The notes under the pieces: generated by a model
Told to the model about the DNA's origin: nothing
What the model saw: the letters and a program-made list of their open reading frames with translations, nothing else
Databases searched by the model: none
Made by a program: the position numbers and the translations under genes
Source of the DNA: the human T2T-CHM13v2.0 reference genome, Homo sapiens
Assembly (NCBI RefSeq): GCF_009914755.1
Contig: NC_060928.1
Length of the DNA stretch: 64,000 nucleotides
Direction: 5' to 3' (one strand)
Shown here: piece by piece, positions 1-13,742 of the stretch
Layout: each line of letters begins with the position of its first letter
Position numbering within the stretch: position 1 is the first letter of the stretch

Positions 1-27
1 AACAGGCAGATTTGGTTTCTGGATGTT

Positions 28-57
28 GGGGGTTGGGGGGTGGGGGTGGGAGGAGGG
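28..57 (+). other. G-quadruplex-forming motif
   Basis: GGGGG-TT-GGGGGG-T-GGGGG-T-GGG-AGGA-GGG: at least four G-runs of 3 or more with 1-2 nt loops. Confidence 0.6.
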
Positions 58-1579
58 AATTATAGAGCCTGGCATTTCTAGCTCTAATGAGGGATGATTT
101 AGGAAGTAAAGCCAACCCCAGTCATCTCGCACTTTCACACTCCAAGAGCTGCCAATGTCTTCGGTTAATGAGGTAGACTTGGAGCCATGCCCTTAATTAA
201 CTTGACCCTGTGAAACTGTTTCTCAAACGTTTTAAACCCATGACCCTTTAAAGTATTCTTGTTCTGTGTATTTACATCAGTTAAAAAGAGTCTGTCTTGC
301 TTTTCTAAATGTACTTTGAATTACAAAAAATAATAAGTGTGCTATAGACACTTTTTCAATATATTTGGCCTACGGGTGATTTTGACATGTGCCTTTAGTG
401 TGGAATTTGTACCATGTGCCACCCTCCCCTTATTGAAAAGCGGGGTTAAAATATGGAAGCTGTTCACTTGTAGGTGAGTGTAGTATATATAGTCTAGTGT
501 ATGGTATTGTATGTCCTTCACAACCAGGTTCCCATCATGAATGTTGTTGGAAGAACTCAGTGACATCAAATATAGAGAAAGCAGGAGGGAAGGTTTTAAA
601 CTTATCTTTAAATTTAATTTTATTTGTCTATCGCATATATTTATTATACATATTTTTCAAATGTCATTCACTGAAGTTTTAATAAGCAAAACATTATTTT
701 ATAAGCTTATGTGTATGGGAGAGAATATTTCTACCATGGAACACAATCATAATTTTAATTTTATAGTTCAGTGAATTTAGAGAAATGCTTTTTATCACTC
801 AGAATGTTATATTATCAAAAATAGGACTGAGTGTGGGGCAAATTATTAGGAAAGTATATGAAACTGAAAGGAAGAAAATTTTATTTGAGAAATAGAGATT
901 AACTTTTATTTTCACTACATTCTAGGTTTTGGCTTACATGCCATCAGGATATACAATCCTTTTATTTCAAAATATAACCAATATAAGTGAGACACACTCA
1001 ATCAGGGGTTTGGTTAGACATTTTAAAATCCAATTAGATTTGCTGAATGCTTCACAAATTTTCTGAATATTACTGGGCCAATTTTGAGGAGACCTGTGTT
1101 AATTGATTACTTGGGATGGAAGCCACTACAACTTCATGGTTTCAAATAGAATTGATGGAAAAGAGACACATTCCAGCAATTCTACAAATGTTTGCTTCTG
1201 AGAGTAATAGCGATCAATTGAGGTAGTTATGTGAAACAAAACAAAAAAAAAAAGAAAAGAAGAAAACTTATTTAAAATAAAAACTTATTTCCTGTTTTGG
1301 ATATTTGTAAGATAAGAAACGATTTCCATTTGTTTCTATGTTGGCATTGAATACAATTTTCTGATCTAACTCTTTAGGTATCTGAGGACACATACGTTCC
1401 AAAGGTGTGTACATTTTGCTACCATCCAATATATGCTAGATGCAGGCAATTGCTAGATGGATAATTGCACTTTAGGTGATACCAAAAACTTGGTGTATCA
1501 TTTCACTTTCTATTGAGGTGCTTGGCCTGGCATATGTCAAGAACCAGGATATATCATTTGATCTTTCCTGGGACTAGCT

Positions 1580-1745
1580 TTCCAAGCATGTAAGAATTAT
1601 CTAGGGAATGTATTAAAATGCAGATTTCTTTGCTGCACCCTCAAAATTTATGACTCAGTACTTCTAGGGTAGCACAGAGGAATCTGCATTTTTACCTATT
1701 AAAACATTCTGATGAAGGTGATGTTGATATGTTCTGAGAATCTCA
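1580..1745. mobile_element. MER5-like hAT-Charlie MITE relic
   Basis: MER5-type motifs 'agaattatctagggaatgtattaaaatgcagatt' and 'ggaatctgcatttttac'. Confidence 0.55.
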
Positions 1746-3787
1746 GCCTTCAGAGGAATTCTAGGCAATTTATGCTTGCAGCTCATGTAAGAACCACACG
1801 TATTACACAATGCACAGTACTAATGGTAGTGCAATAATGAAATGATGTCTTTATAAAAATTCAAATATTAGCTAAAGGATAATCTCTTATTTCCATTATT
1901 TATAAAGAAAATTTGTCCATGTGTTGAATGGGATTGAAAATACACAGTTTTATCATATGACTATTCTAACTTGAAGGATATTATATAGTAGAAATAAATT
2001 TACCTCAGTGTTTCTGAGTTCTTTTAGTGTGTGTTTTTCTCAAAAGCACTCACCTTAGCCTTTCATATATCTGGTCCTAAGTGTCTTCTTTGCTAGCAAT
2101 TCATCTCTTCAGGGGTAATCTTTTAAGGATTTAACAACTTATAAGGAAAGGGCAACTGCCAATCCACATAGACTCTAGAACCAGGTGGAGTGGATGAAAT
2201 CTATTAAAATTTAATTAGAAACAGAAGGACCGTCCTGGTGTCGGCCAGCTAAAAATCAACCCTTTCCTGTCGCAACTATACTTCTCCACCTAACCTTGAG
2301 AGGTTTTTTTTAGTTGTTGTTTAGTTTCCCACGAATCAATATTTTTGTTTCTTTGTCAAAATGAATCTCACTCATGAATTATGCCCTTCCAGGAATACAT
2401 CTACGTTTTGATAGATGTATCCTGAGAATAAATAAGCAAAATAAACCTTAAGGAGGGTATTCTTCTCATCAAAATGTTGAGTACTGTACTGTGATCTGCT
2501 AATGGAAATATAGGATAGAAATATTGGGTTTTTCATGGGATTATTTATTTATTTAAAAGAAAAATCATTATATACTTGTTTTATGCCAGAAACTGTGTAA
2601 GAGATGTGAATGTGATTATCAACAGCTTCATATAAATGCAATTTTGTATTAAAAAGAAACTATCTTTACCTAGTTAACCTGGATATTATTTGGGCAGGGA
2701 TTAGATTGCTGGGGGTGGGTATGGGGTGGAAAGGAGTGAAAGAAAAATTTTATCTCAGTATTTTCCCAGCTGTTGCAGAGACAGAGAAAGTCAAGATGGT
2801 ATTTTATTTCAAGTATGAGTATCCTTTCAGTACAAGGTATTCCCAGGTCTCCTCCTATTCCCCATCCATAAGCCTACATATTAAATATCCTAGTGCTGCT
2901 AAGGACAAGTACCTCCTTCTGTAACACAATGTGCCAATCTCCTTTCCCTTAAAATATGCAATATGAAATTCTAATGTCCCAGAGAGCAGAAAATGTAGCC
3001 ATGCAAAATATAATATAACATCATGTTATGTGAAATTAGATATTTATTTGTGAAACATAAGTCATAGTACTTTTTGCTCTTTTATATGGTAAATGTATTC
3101 TATATCTCTCAGGATAAAGACAATAACAATGAATAATAACCACATTTTATCTTCCCATGGAGAGATCTGTTACATTAGAATGTGCTTCTAACTTGCAGAC
3201 ATCACATGCACACAATAATGGATAGATTTAAAAGTTTGCCACCCACAAAATAAGGGGGGAAGAGAAAGTATGGTCATCATGAAAGTGTTAACTCATAACT
3301 AGAAATTCTCTTTATGCCTTCTTTTTATTTTCAACCAGTGCTTCATTTATATCAGACTTGCTGGCACTGAAAAAAGAAACAATGGTATACAATGGGACAT
3401 TTTCATTACCAATTATTAATGGAGTACAAAAATTAGAAGCAGGGAGAATATGACACATTTGTTTATGTGCATATCTTTAGATATAGTTACATACACATGT
3501 ATAGATAGATAAACAGTACAGTAAAAGTATTTGAAAATTTCAGAAAATAGTTCATAATTCCTAACTGTGAAAGTAGTAAAGGGCTATGAATATCTTGAGC
3601 TTCAGAGTCAGTTGGTATAGTGTTTACCCCTAAAAATGTATAGTTTGGCTATTATTTATTCAAAAATGTCTGCTCTTTCATAATCGCAACCTAGCATATC
3701 TCATTTTCTTTTATCTACTGCTCAACAAGCCCTATGATCTAATGAGATTTTAGTTCATCCATGGGTTGGAACATGAGTAATAATTTT

Positions 3788-4070
3788 TTTTTTGAGACAG
3801 ATTCTTGCTCTGTTGCCCAGGATGGAGGCAGTGGGGGATCTCAGCTCACTGCGGCCTCTGCCTTCTGGGTTCAAGTGATTCTCCTGCCTCAGCCCCCTGA
3901 GTAGCTGGGACTACAGGCACATGCCACCATGCCCAGCTAATTTTTGTATTTTTAGTAGAGAAGGGGTTTCACCATATGGCCAGGATGGTCATGATCTCCT
4001 GACTTCGTGATCCGCCCACCTTGGCCTTCCAAAGTGCTGGGATTACAGGCCTGAGCCACCACGCCTGGCT
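3788..4070 (-). mobile_element. Alu (AluSc-like)
   Basis: Full Alu on minus strand; TSD AGTAATAATTTT at 3776-3787 and 4072-4083. Confidence 0.95.
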
Positions 4071-4972
4071 AAGTAATAATTTTCTAGGTGAGGCCATTTC
4101 TCTAGCCAACAGGTGTTACTGTCTTGTTGCATTAATGATAGACATGGTGACTTTTTTTTGCAACCCACTACTATGGAGTTATTACTGTCAGGAGTAGAAA
4201 TATGTATTTAAAAAACATAACTTGAAATGATAACCAATAAAGAAGATTGCCAATTTACATGATGCTGAGAACATCAAATAAATTAAATCATTATATTGGG
4301 GTTGAAATATGCAGGCATATGAAGAAGGTAAATCTTTTTTCACTTATCTATTTAAGTATGAAACAATTTTAATAAAAATAATACCTCTAACATTATACCT
4401 ATATTTATACTTGTGCATTTTCAAATGTTTGCATACATTGTGGTGGTATCATCTATTCTACACAAACAAACATTAATATTTTTCCAACACTTTAAATGTT
4501 TTATGTCAGATACTAGTACTACTCTTCCAGTAAAGTATTGTTCATGATTAAGATGACATTAATTCCAGCTCACTAATGTGAGGAAAAAAAGTGCTGAATT
4601 TTAACTACAGGAATATATATTTAAACATACCCTCCTCAGAGCTGCCTGATTTGTGTACTTTAAAAGACTTCTCCCTCCCCTCACTGTTCCTTCTTTCCCC
4701 CAACCTCACATAAATTGTTTTTTTTTTTTTTTTTTTTCTGATCTTGGGTTGTCTCACTCACAAATAAAAACTTTTTACAGCTTTACAGATTTTAATGCTA
4801 GACAAGTGGCAATGATATCCTCCAAATAAACTAGTTTGGCTTTGATAGACCCCAAAATACATATTACTTAATCAATTATGGGGAAGCATATTGTTGCAAT
4901 TTTTCAGTTAAAAAGTTTTCACTTCAAGGACATTTAACTCTCTAGGACACATGTATATTAAAAGTTGTTTCT

Positions 4973-5262
4973 GGCCGGGCACGGTGGCTCACACATGTAA
5001 TACCAGCACTTTGGGATGCCAAGGTGGGCAGATCACTTGAGGTCAGGAGTTTGAGACCAGCCTTCTGGCCAACATTGTGAAACCCTGTCTCTATTAAAGA
5101 AAAAAAAAAAATACAAAAATTAGCCAGGCCTGATGGCTTGCGCCTGTAGTCCCAGCTACTCAGGAGGCTAAAGCATGAAAAACTTGAACCTGGGAGGGGG
5201 CGGTTGCAGTGAGTCGAGATGGCGCCACTGCACTCCAGCCTGGGCGACAGAGCCAGACTTCA

Positions 5263-5303
<41 letters not shown>
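4973..5303 (+). mobile_element. Alu (AluSx/Sz-like) with long poly(A)
   Basis: GGCCGGGC start, two monomers, A-rich linker, long A tail. Confidence 0.95.
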
Positions 5304-5306
<3 letters not shown>

Positions 5307-5389
5307 TTATTTCTGTCTAATTTACATTAAAAGGACAATCATTTTAATTTTCACAATTATGCTCCGTGCATGTTAACTTTTTTATTTGC

Positions 5390-5610
5390 CTGGGTTCTGG
5401 TGCCGGACTGTCTGGATTTAAATCCCAGGTTTATCACCTTTACCTTTAGCTGTGTAAAATGTGAAAATTGTGTAAACGCTTTGTGACTCAGTTTCCTCAT
5501 CTGTGAAAATAAGGACAATAGTAATTTTCCATGTTAGGTAGTTATGAGAGATTAACTACTTAGAACATATCATGCTTTTAGAGGGGTACCTGGCATATAA
5601 TAACCATTTT
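5390..5610 (+). mobile_element. MIR SINE
   Basis: MIR core 'ctcagtttcctcatctgtgaaaat' and 3' end 'cctggcatataataa'. Confidence 0.75.
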
Positions 5611-6919
5611 TATAGAGTTACAGTATTCTATAACTCTGAAAGAATTATTTAACTCTAGAATTAACTCTAAAATTTAACTCTAGAAGTCTCTTAAACTCCT
5701 AGTATGTAGAAAAAGCGAAAAGACTGAAATTTACTATTCGTCATTACAAAGTAAATTTTATCATTTTTAGTTTTAAATTTAATATAAAATTGGTAAAATT
5801 CACTTAGAATGACTTTATAAAATCTTAAATATAAATTTATACATTTCAGAAATATTTATATTTTCTTGTGGCAGTAAAATATAAGTATATGAAAAAGCAG
5901 CTATAAAGTCATTATCAGTATAAATGAAAAGGCCAAGTTTTAATTTAAAAAAAAAAAGAGAATAAAAAACTGTAGATTCACAGTTCAACTTAGTGTCTAT
6001 AGGTTGGAGTACTGCTGTGTAATTATAACACATCCTAAAGCAACAGTTCATCCTTTACATGCTGACTAGATTTAAAATGTGTAATCTAAGACATATTTTT
6101 CTTTTTCTATGAATTCATAGACCCAATGAGCTGCTTATCAAACCTGGAAAGTTCAGCAGGCCTAAAGGACAGTTCATGGAAATTTCTCTGGAAAATAAAT
6201 CAGAGACCCATAGGAAGGAACCACTAGAGGTCATTCAATCTAACTTTTTGGATATCCCTATAAATATACTTAGATTATGCCCACTTTGAAGCACATATTG
6301 TCTAATGTAGTTTATAAAGATATTAAAATGCTCTCTCAAGTTTGAGTAGACCATTTGCTTCAGTTGCCTCTATTTACAGAGCATGTGTGATATCAATATC
6401 AATGTATATTGGAAAAACATGTCATTTGGCTCAATGGAAATTATTCTAATATAATATTTTTCTTAGTACAAGTGTAAACTTTTAAAATTCACTCCCAATT
6501 CAATAATATTTTGCAATATAATTTTACAGGTCAAGTAACATGATAACAGTTTTGTAAGCATTGTTTGTAATATAACCATGAGATAAGTGTTATTACTTCT
6601 ATTTAACAGATGATATAATAGAATCATAAAAGCAAGCTTCTTGGCCATATAACAAAACAAAGTACGGGAGGGAATTAGTGATTGAACCAAAACATGTCTG
6701 GCTCTGCAATTCAAGCTTTTATCTCAGTGTGCTATCTTTTGCAAATTAGATCCAAGTACACCCTCAAAATGTGTTCCTAAAATTACAACTGAGTTTCACA
6801 CTAGATGCATGCCGCACATTTTTTCATCAATGAAATGTTTGAATTTTACAAATTTCACCATTTTCTTTTAGAAATAAAAAATGTACTCCCTCTTTGTCCT
6901 GATATGGATTACTATAGTA

Positions 6920-7125
6920 ATAATACTTGTTTGTTGAATTTTATGACAAGGCTGATCAACCATTTCAAATGTTACTATGCTTAACCTTGGCAATAGCACC
7001 ATCAAATATTATCTTCACATTTTAGGAGATAAAGATAATATAGTTTAGACTGGTTAAGTGAATTGTAGAATTGGTGAATGGTAAGAGATTTGAACCAAGT
7101 CAATCAATTTCAAATTTCACGTTCT
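6920..7125 (-). mobile_element. MIR SINE (degenerate)
   Basis: 'attatcttcacattttaggagataaag...ggttaagtgaattg...gatttgaaccaagtc' resembles the reverse MIR core. Confidence 0.5.
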
Positions 7126-8717
7126 CACTCAAACATCTACAAAAACGAAGAAAGATGTGTAAGGAAAAATCATGGTAAGGTGGTCTGTAGACCAATGATT
7201 AAAACAAGGAAGGCTAAAACACTTATTTCACAATGTATTTTAGAATAACTCCAAAAGACCGTAAACAGGCTAGAAGACAGAAAGATTTAAAATAATATGA
7301 AAGAAAAAAAGATAAATGAAAAGTTCCATAAACAACTAAACTAAAAGAAGAAAAGTGAGGAGAAACTGAAATATTGGAATCTCTTAATGAATACAATAGT
7401 TTGGGAATTTAAGATAGGATGGGGCAATGTGGGAGCAAAAAGAGCAGAGAGTTTAATAGAAACACAGGAACTTTCCACATGGAGGTAACAGAGATGCTGA
7501 AAGACTACAAGGCTGCCAGGAGGAGAGCCTGGTGCAATACAAGACACAAAGGAAAAAGGGAAGAAGGAGAGAACATGTCAGTGGTTTCATGTTTCTTTTG
7601 GCAACAAGAAGCTTCAGAATTACATCTGTTTTTCCCTTCTCCTTTACTTCAAGTGCTGCTGAATTTGAAACTCCAAACCTCCAGTAAATTATATTCTATG
7701 CCTTGGTAATCCTGCATAAAACAGAAAAGTGGGGGTATGATCATCTGAAGCAGTCATTCTGTCCTGTCCTCCAAAATGGAGAAATTGTATTTTGAAGATT
7801 TCATCATTTGGAATGATACAATTTGTCACCTCCTGTTCATTCAAAGTAAATGAAGGCGAGATGGATACTTAGGAGCCAAAGGCAACAACATTGACCTGAA
7901 TATAAGAAACATTTAAGCTGAAACTGGTTATTTTCTACGTGTGTGTATATATATTTGCACCTGGGAGTCTTAGGTGATAAATTTGGCGAGTAGAACTATG
8001 ACTTTAAAGAAAATCCTGGGGCCCTACTTCACAGCACAAAATGGGCACTGGGACAGTAACACCTGCATTTTGGTCTTCATATGAATGTCTTTGGGTCAGG
8101 AGAACAGTATTTTTTTTTTTTGCCCCAGTCTTTTTAACATTCTCTTAGACATGGCTCTGAAAACCTTGCGCAGATAATGTACACTGCTCCAGAAGTCAAA
8201 ATAAATTAGAAAAGCCTTGCCTCATGAACTTCATTTATTTAATGCTACTAGGCTCCCTACATTTGGGCAAATTGCTTTCCATGGTCCTCTCTATTTTCAA
8301 TCTATAGATGTAATGTCTAAGAAGAGATAATGTAAAAATTCCCTTTAATGTTTATATTATTAAATTATTCTATTTTAATATATGGCTATTATATTTGCTT
8401 ATCATAATGTGGTTGAAAATAATGGTGACAGAATAAGCATTAAGTACATTTTAAATAGCTGTACTATTTAGAGAATAAATGTGCTTCAATTATTTAATAG
8501 CCTCATGTTAGTTATGTGTTACATAATTGATCATGGCAAATTATTTACATGACAACCAAAGTACAAGTCATTAAAGATATTCTTGTCTTTCTGTTGCTAA
8601 ATCCAGGAAGCCTCCAATATTGGTTTCCCATTTTGGTGAAGGACCTGCAAAGGCAAGTTTGCTCTCCTTTTCTCTTCCCTTTCTCAGCCACTGCTGCCCC
8701 AGAAGATAAAGGGACAT

Positions 8718-8969
8718 GATGCTCACCACATTTAGATGTTTACTGGCACTCTGGAGTTTCCTTGCAATTTACACCTTAGAAAGCACAGTGCACTTGTAAA
8801 TTGCAGAACTTACAAGTGTCCCTTTACCCACAGGAATCACTAATATCCCAGGAAGGGAGGGAAGTGGAATCTCACACAGTTTAGGGATTTACAAGTCTGT
8901 AGTGAAGTTTGGGGTGTAAATTGCTGAGAAACCCAAGAGTGTATTTAAATATTTAAAGGTAAGGGCACC
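8718..8969. repeat. Degenerate long inverted repeat (palindrome), axis at 8844
   Basis: 8747-8775 vs 8913-8941 match 24/29; 8792-8801 vs 8887-8896 match 10/10; 8731-8742 vs 8946-8957 match 10/12; all on one symmetry axis. Confidence 0.8.
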
Positions 8970-9253
8970 TAGATGTTTCTCCTGTTTGAAACTTAGTTAG
9001 ACTGGAGTTGGAAAGGAGAGTAACAAGATGCCTGTCCTCATCCCCAAGGTTAAGTCCTCTGCCTGACAGAGGAGAGAGGGGTTTGACTGACTTGCCCAAG
9101 TTTCATTTTGTATCACAGAGTTAAGTTAGAGAGCCAGAAGATTCTCAGAGCATGTAGAAGTTCTAAATTATATCAATAATTAGTAAGAGCTAGTGCCTTG
9201 CTTCTAGAATTTAATAATCTTCAATATTTAAGTGTTGTGGTTGCAGCTTCCAT

Positions 9254-9423
9254 AAGGGGTCAATGTAGATTACCTTCTGTATTGGGACACTATTGAGAGT
9301 AGATGGGAGTACCATTAATAAGTATGTTGGGACATCAAAATTATTATACCTATTAATAATGATGATACCTAAAGGGCATAAAATGGGAATGCCCAGTGAA
9401 AATTGAGATATAAGGTCACGCTA
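9254..9423 (+). mobile_element. MER94-like hAT-Blackjack MITE
   Basis: 'gggacactattgagagt...accattaataagtatgttgggaca...taaggtcacgcta' follows the MER94 layout and terminal inverted repeat (TIR). Confidence 0.55.
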
Positions 9424-9575
9424 TTAGGTTACACTTGGGAATAAACAGAAAGAATATTTATTAGTTATGTTTTTCCAAAGGCAAAGAATGATGATTAGGT
9501 ATTTTATAATCTCACATTCAACGTGGAAATTGACTTAAATTGTATAGCATAACAATTTATGGCTTTAAAATCTTT

Positions 9576-9986
<411 letters not shown>

Positions 9987-11699
9987 TTAAAACCAATTCA
10001 TTACATATGCAAATATTCTGGGTATCTATACCCTTAAAGTGTATAGCAATACATTCCAGAAATAATATTTCAGATGCAAGATATGTCATGCTTAAATTTA
10101 TCTAGAGGGAAAATGCTGATCTGTTTGATGAACTATGTTTATCATGAAATGAGGCTAATATTCAGATTAGACTTGCCATGATTTAGATATATTTTATCAT
10201 AATTTTATATATAATATTTTCAGTTCTTCTCTTAAAATAAGTAAACACTTATTTCCTAATGCCTGAAACAATTTTAACTCTTACACAAAAAGCTGCTCTT
10301 GACCAGCTTATTCCAATTCCCATTCCCTCTGTCTATAGCAGAATGGAATGAAAGTAAATAATAAAACAAAACATAGAATGTGTGTGTAAGAATATTTTTA
10401 CTCCAAGTTGGAAGAAAAAACTGTCAAATGAGAAACTGCCAAATCTTCTAAATTCCCATACATATTGTCTCATTTTAGTTCTTTTTTTATGTAACTTTTG
10501 CCACATTTCTTGAAATTCTACCATTTGGACATTAATTCGAGGCCAAGAAGGTGCTTCTCTGAAAAACGAAAATAGCTTTAGGAGGTGTAAATTGTTGAAA
10601 AATTTTCTCATATTAATGTAACTTAATTTAGCCAATCCTATGTTATTCATTCAATGCACATTTAATGTCCTACTATGCTCCACCCATTAGGGGAATGAAG
10701 AAGATAGAAAATGCCTTAGATGTAGAATAAGATTGGAACAGTGCGAGGAGGACCTGAAGCAGCACAGTGGTGCCTTGCACATCATAGTATTTTGGATCCT
10801 CTATTGTAATTTCCCAATATTTTTAGGTTTGTGACTATGATCACATGACAATTAAGATAGTTAATATATACATATAGTTTAGAAAACACTTTCAAACACA
10901 TTTTCCCTCTTCTCCTTTTATCTTTCTTTAGAGCGTAGAACCTGTTTTAATATTAACTACATTTCATAGAGAGACACTATAAGGCTCAGGAAGATAGCTG
11001 ATAAGTTTTGGTATCCTCAGTCAATTACTATAATATTTGTCTGAGTTCTTCCAAGTCTAAACTGTCCTCAGATCTGCGACTAGTCCTGTCTGTAGGCACA
11101 GAGAATAGTCAACTTTCAGAGACAGTAGCTCAAGAACTACATTGAGTTGGTCTTGCTGTGTTGCCTTTCAGTTCCTCCAAAGCTGAGTTCACATTTCTTT
11201 TCTCTGATTTCTCAACGTCTTGCTTACTGCTTTGCATCTCAAAGTCAGCTTGGAATTCCCGCCCCTCATATGTAGATACTGTACTTTGGAGGTTAATACC
11301 TGTTGCTTAACATTAATAATGGTATTTTCTCTTTCTTATCTCCCAATATCTGAATTGATACCTTTTTTTTTTTTAACTACTAATTGCTGACTCCTTCTGT
11401 GCCTGGATAGTAATGCTCATCTTGAACATAGACACATTTGGGTCTAAGTGTTTCTTTACTCTTTTTTTCTATTCATTTTCCCTTTGGTATTGAATAAAAC
11501 ATTAGACTCATGTCCCTTTTTAATGATCTTTAAAATAACCAATCTCTATTTTCTGTAGCCTGAAACTCTTTAATGCAAGCACGGTGCCTTGTTTACCATG
11601 TGTGTCCATCCCCTAGGATCATGCTTAATGCTCCAGTACATGTTGTTTTAAAATTAATACTAACAGCAACACAACATTAGCAGCTAAAAGTTCTATACT

Positions 11700-11940
11700 G
11701 TCCATACTGCTTATAATTTACCAGTCATTATTCTAAAAGCTTTAAATATACTATTCAGTTAATCTTCAAACAAACTTTATGAGCTAGTTACTAGCATTAT
11801 CTCCATTTTACAGATAAGTGATATATGACACAGGGTGATTAAGTAAATTACTTAAGAGCGCTCAACTCACTTGTGGCAGATGCAGGATTTAGGTCTCAAA
11901 AGTCTGGTTCCACAGTCTGTGATCTTCAGCACTTTGCCAA
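11700..11940 (-). mobile_element. MIR SINE
   Basis: 'attatctccattttacagataag...gattaagtaaattacttaag...gtggcagatgcaggattt'. Confidence 0.75.
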
Positions 11941-12255
11941 TGAATGAATGGATGTTTACATGTCAACGCTTCATTCAGTCCCAGGACTCTTACCACATTC
12001 AATAGACCATGCCTGTACACATTAGTAAATATATACTAGAAGGTTGAAAGGAGTGCAGAAGTAAAGAAGTTAACCTAAGGGAAAATTTTATCTGTCACAA
12101 TATTTTGACTTGTGGTTGTACTTGACTCTATTTTCCCCTTCTTTCCTCTTAGTTCTGTAATCTTGGAATCCATAACTCAGGTTATATATTTCTATCACAC
12201 ATGAGATCCAAATTAGGCTAGCCTAGAAATCTAACATTGTTTAAAAAATCACTTG

Positions 12256-12625
<370 letters not shown>

Positions 12626-13524
12626 TCAAGTTCAGGTTCTGTCTATATTTACTCCTTCCTCTCTCTCTCTCTCACACATAATCTTTTAAAATTAGCAAGT
12701 CCCTTATTGAATTCTATGAACATAGTTTCTCTTTTCTAAACAAAAAATGCTATTATACAGATTGACTCTAAAAGTCTATAGCTAATAAATTGATGTATTA
12801 CTGAGCTATTTATAGAAAGATTTGTCCTAACTAAAGTCCAGCAAAAAGAAGGGAAGCAAATTTTTTGAAAGTGAAATGAGATAGTGAACATCATCCTTAT
12901 AAACATTAATTAGGACAATGAATGGGAATGTGATATTTGGACCATCTGGTGAAATACTGAGGACTTATTAAATTTGTTTGCTATAGCAGAGAAATGAAAC
13001 TACTAATATTAGGCCAATAGTGCTGGTGTCTATGGGCAAAATTGGCTTGGTTGGTTTTCATTTAAAAAAATTGAGTGACAGTGATGTTGGTAATAATTTT
13101 GATTTTTTAAATCCTTTGTTAGCATTTATAATATAATCTGTTTGTTACAGTGAATAAGCAGTCAAGAGAATTATACTAGACACACATTTGGGTGATTTTC
13201 ATATGCATACCTTGTTCTGTAATGCATACTAGGAATTAAAATTAATTATGCATTTTGCATATTAACATAATAATCTATAACTAGTATGTTTTATCATTAA
13301 AATGTATACACCAGACATGGAAGCAGAAATCTTCAAAAGTCTATAAATCAACTGTTATGTAAGCAATTGATAACAAACAAAAGTCATTTGGAAAGGAAAA
13401 AAAAAAGAATGTAACAGGAAAACAGCTAATTCCATAGCCATACAAAGACATGAAATCAGTCATTATGTTATGGTATCTAATGAAGGCTGTTTGAAAGTAA
13501 AACAAGCAAAGCTATATCATATCT

Positions 13525-13742
13525 TCTTTCTGGAGCCAGACTGCCAAGGGTTGCTTCTGAGGCACCAGTTATTACGTGTTACATTATCAGCAAGTAATTA
13601 TCTGTCTGTGCCTTAGCTTTTGTGAAAATCAGGAAACCATAACTACTTCATAGCTGTGTAAGGATTAATGAAGATAAAATTTTTTAAATGCATAAAACAA
13701 TGCTTAGAACAAAATAAGTTCTTAATAAATATAAGTTGTTAT
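13525..13742 (+). mobile_element. MIR SINE
   Basis: 'tctggagccagactgcc...ctgtgccttagc...aggattaatgaagataa...ttcttaataaatataagttgttat'. Confidence 0.7.
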
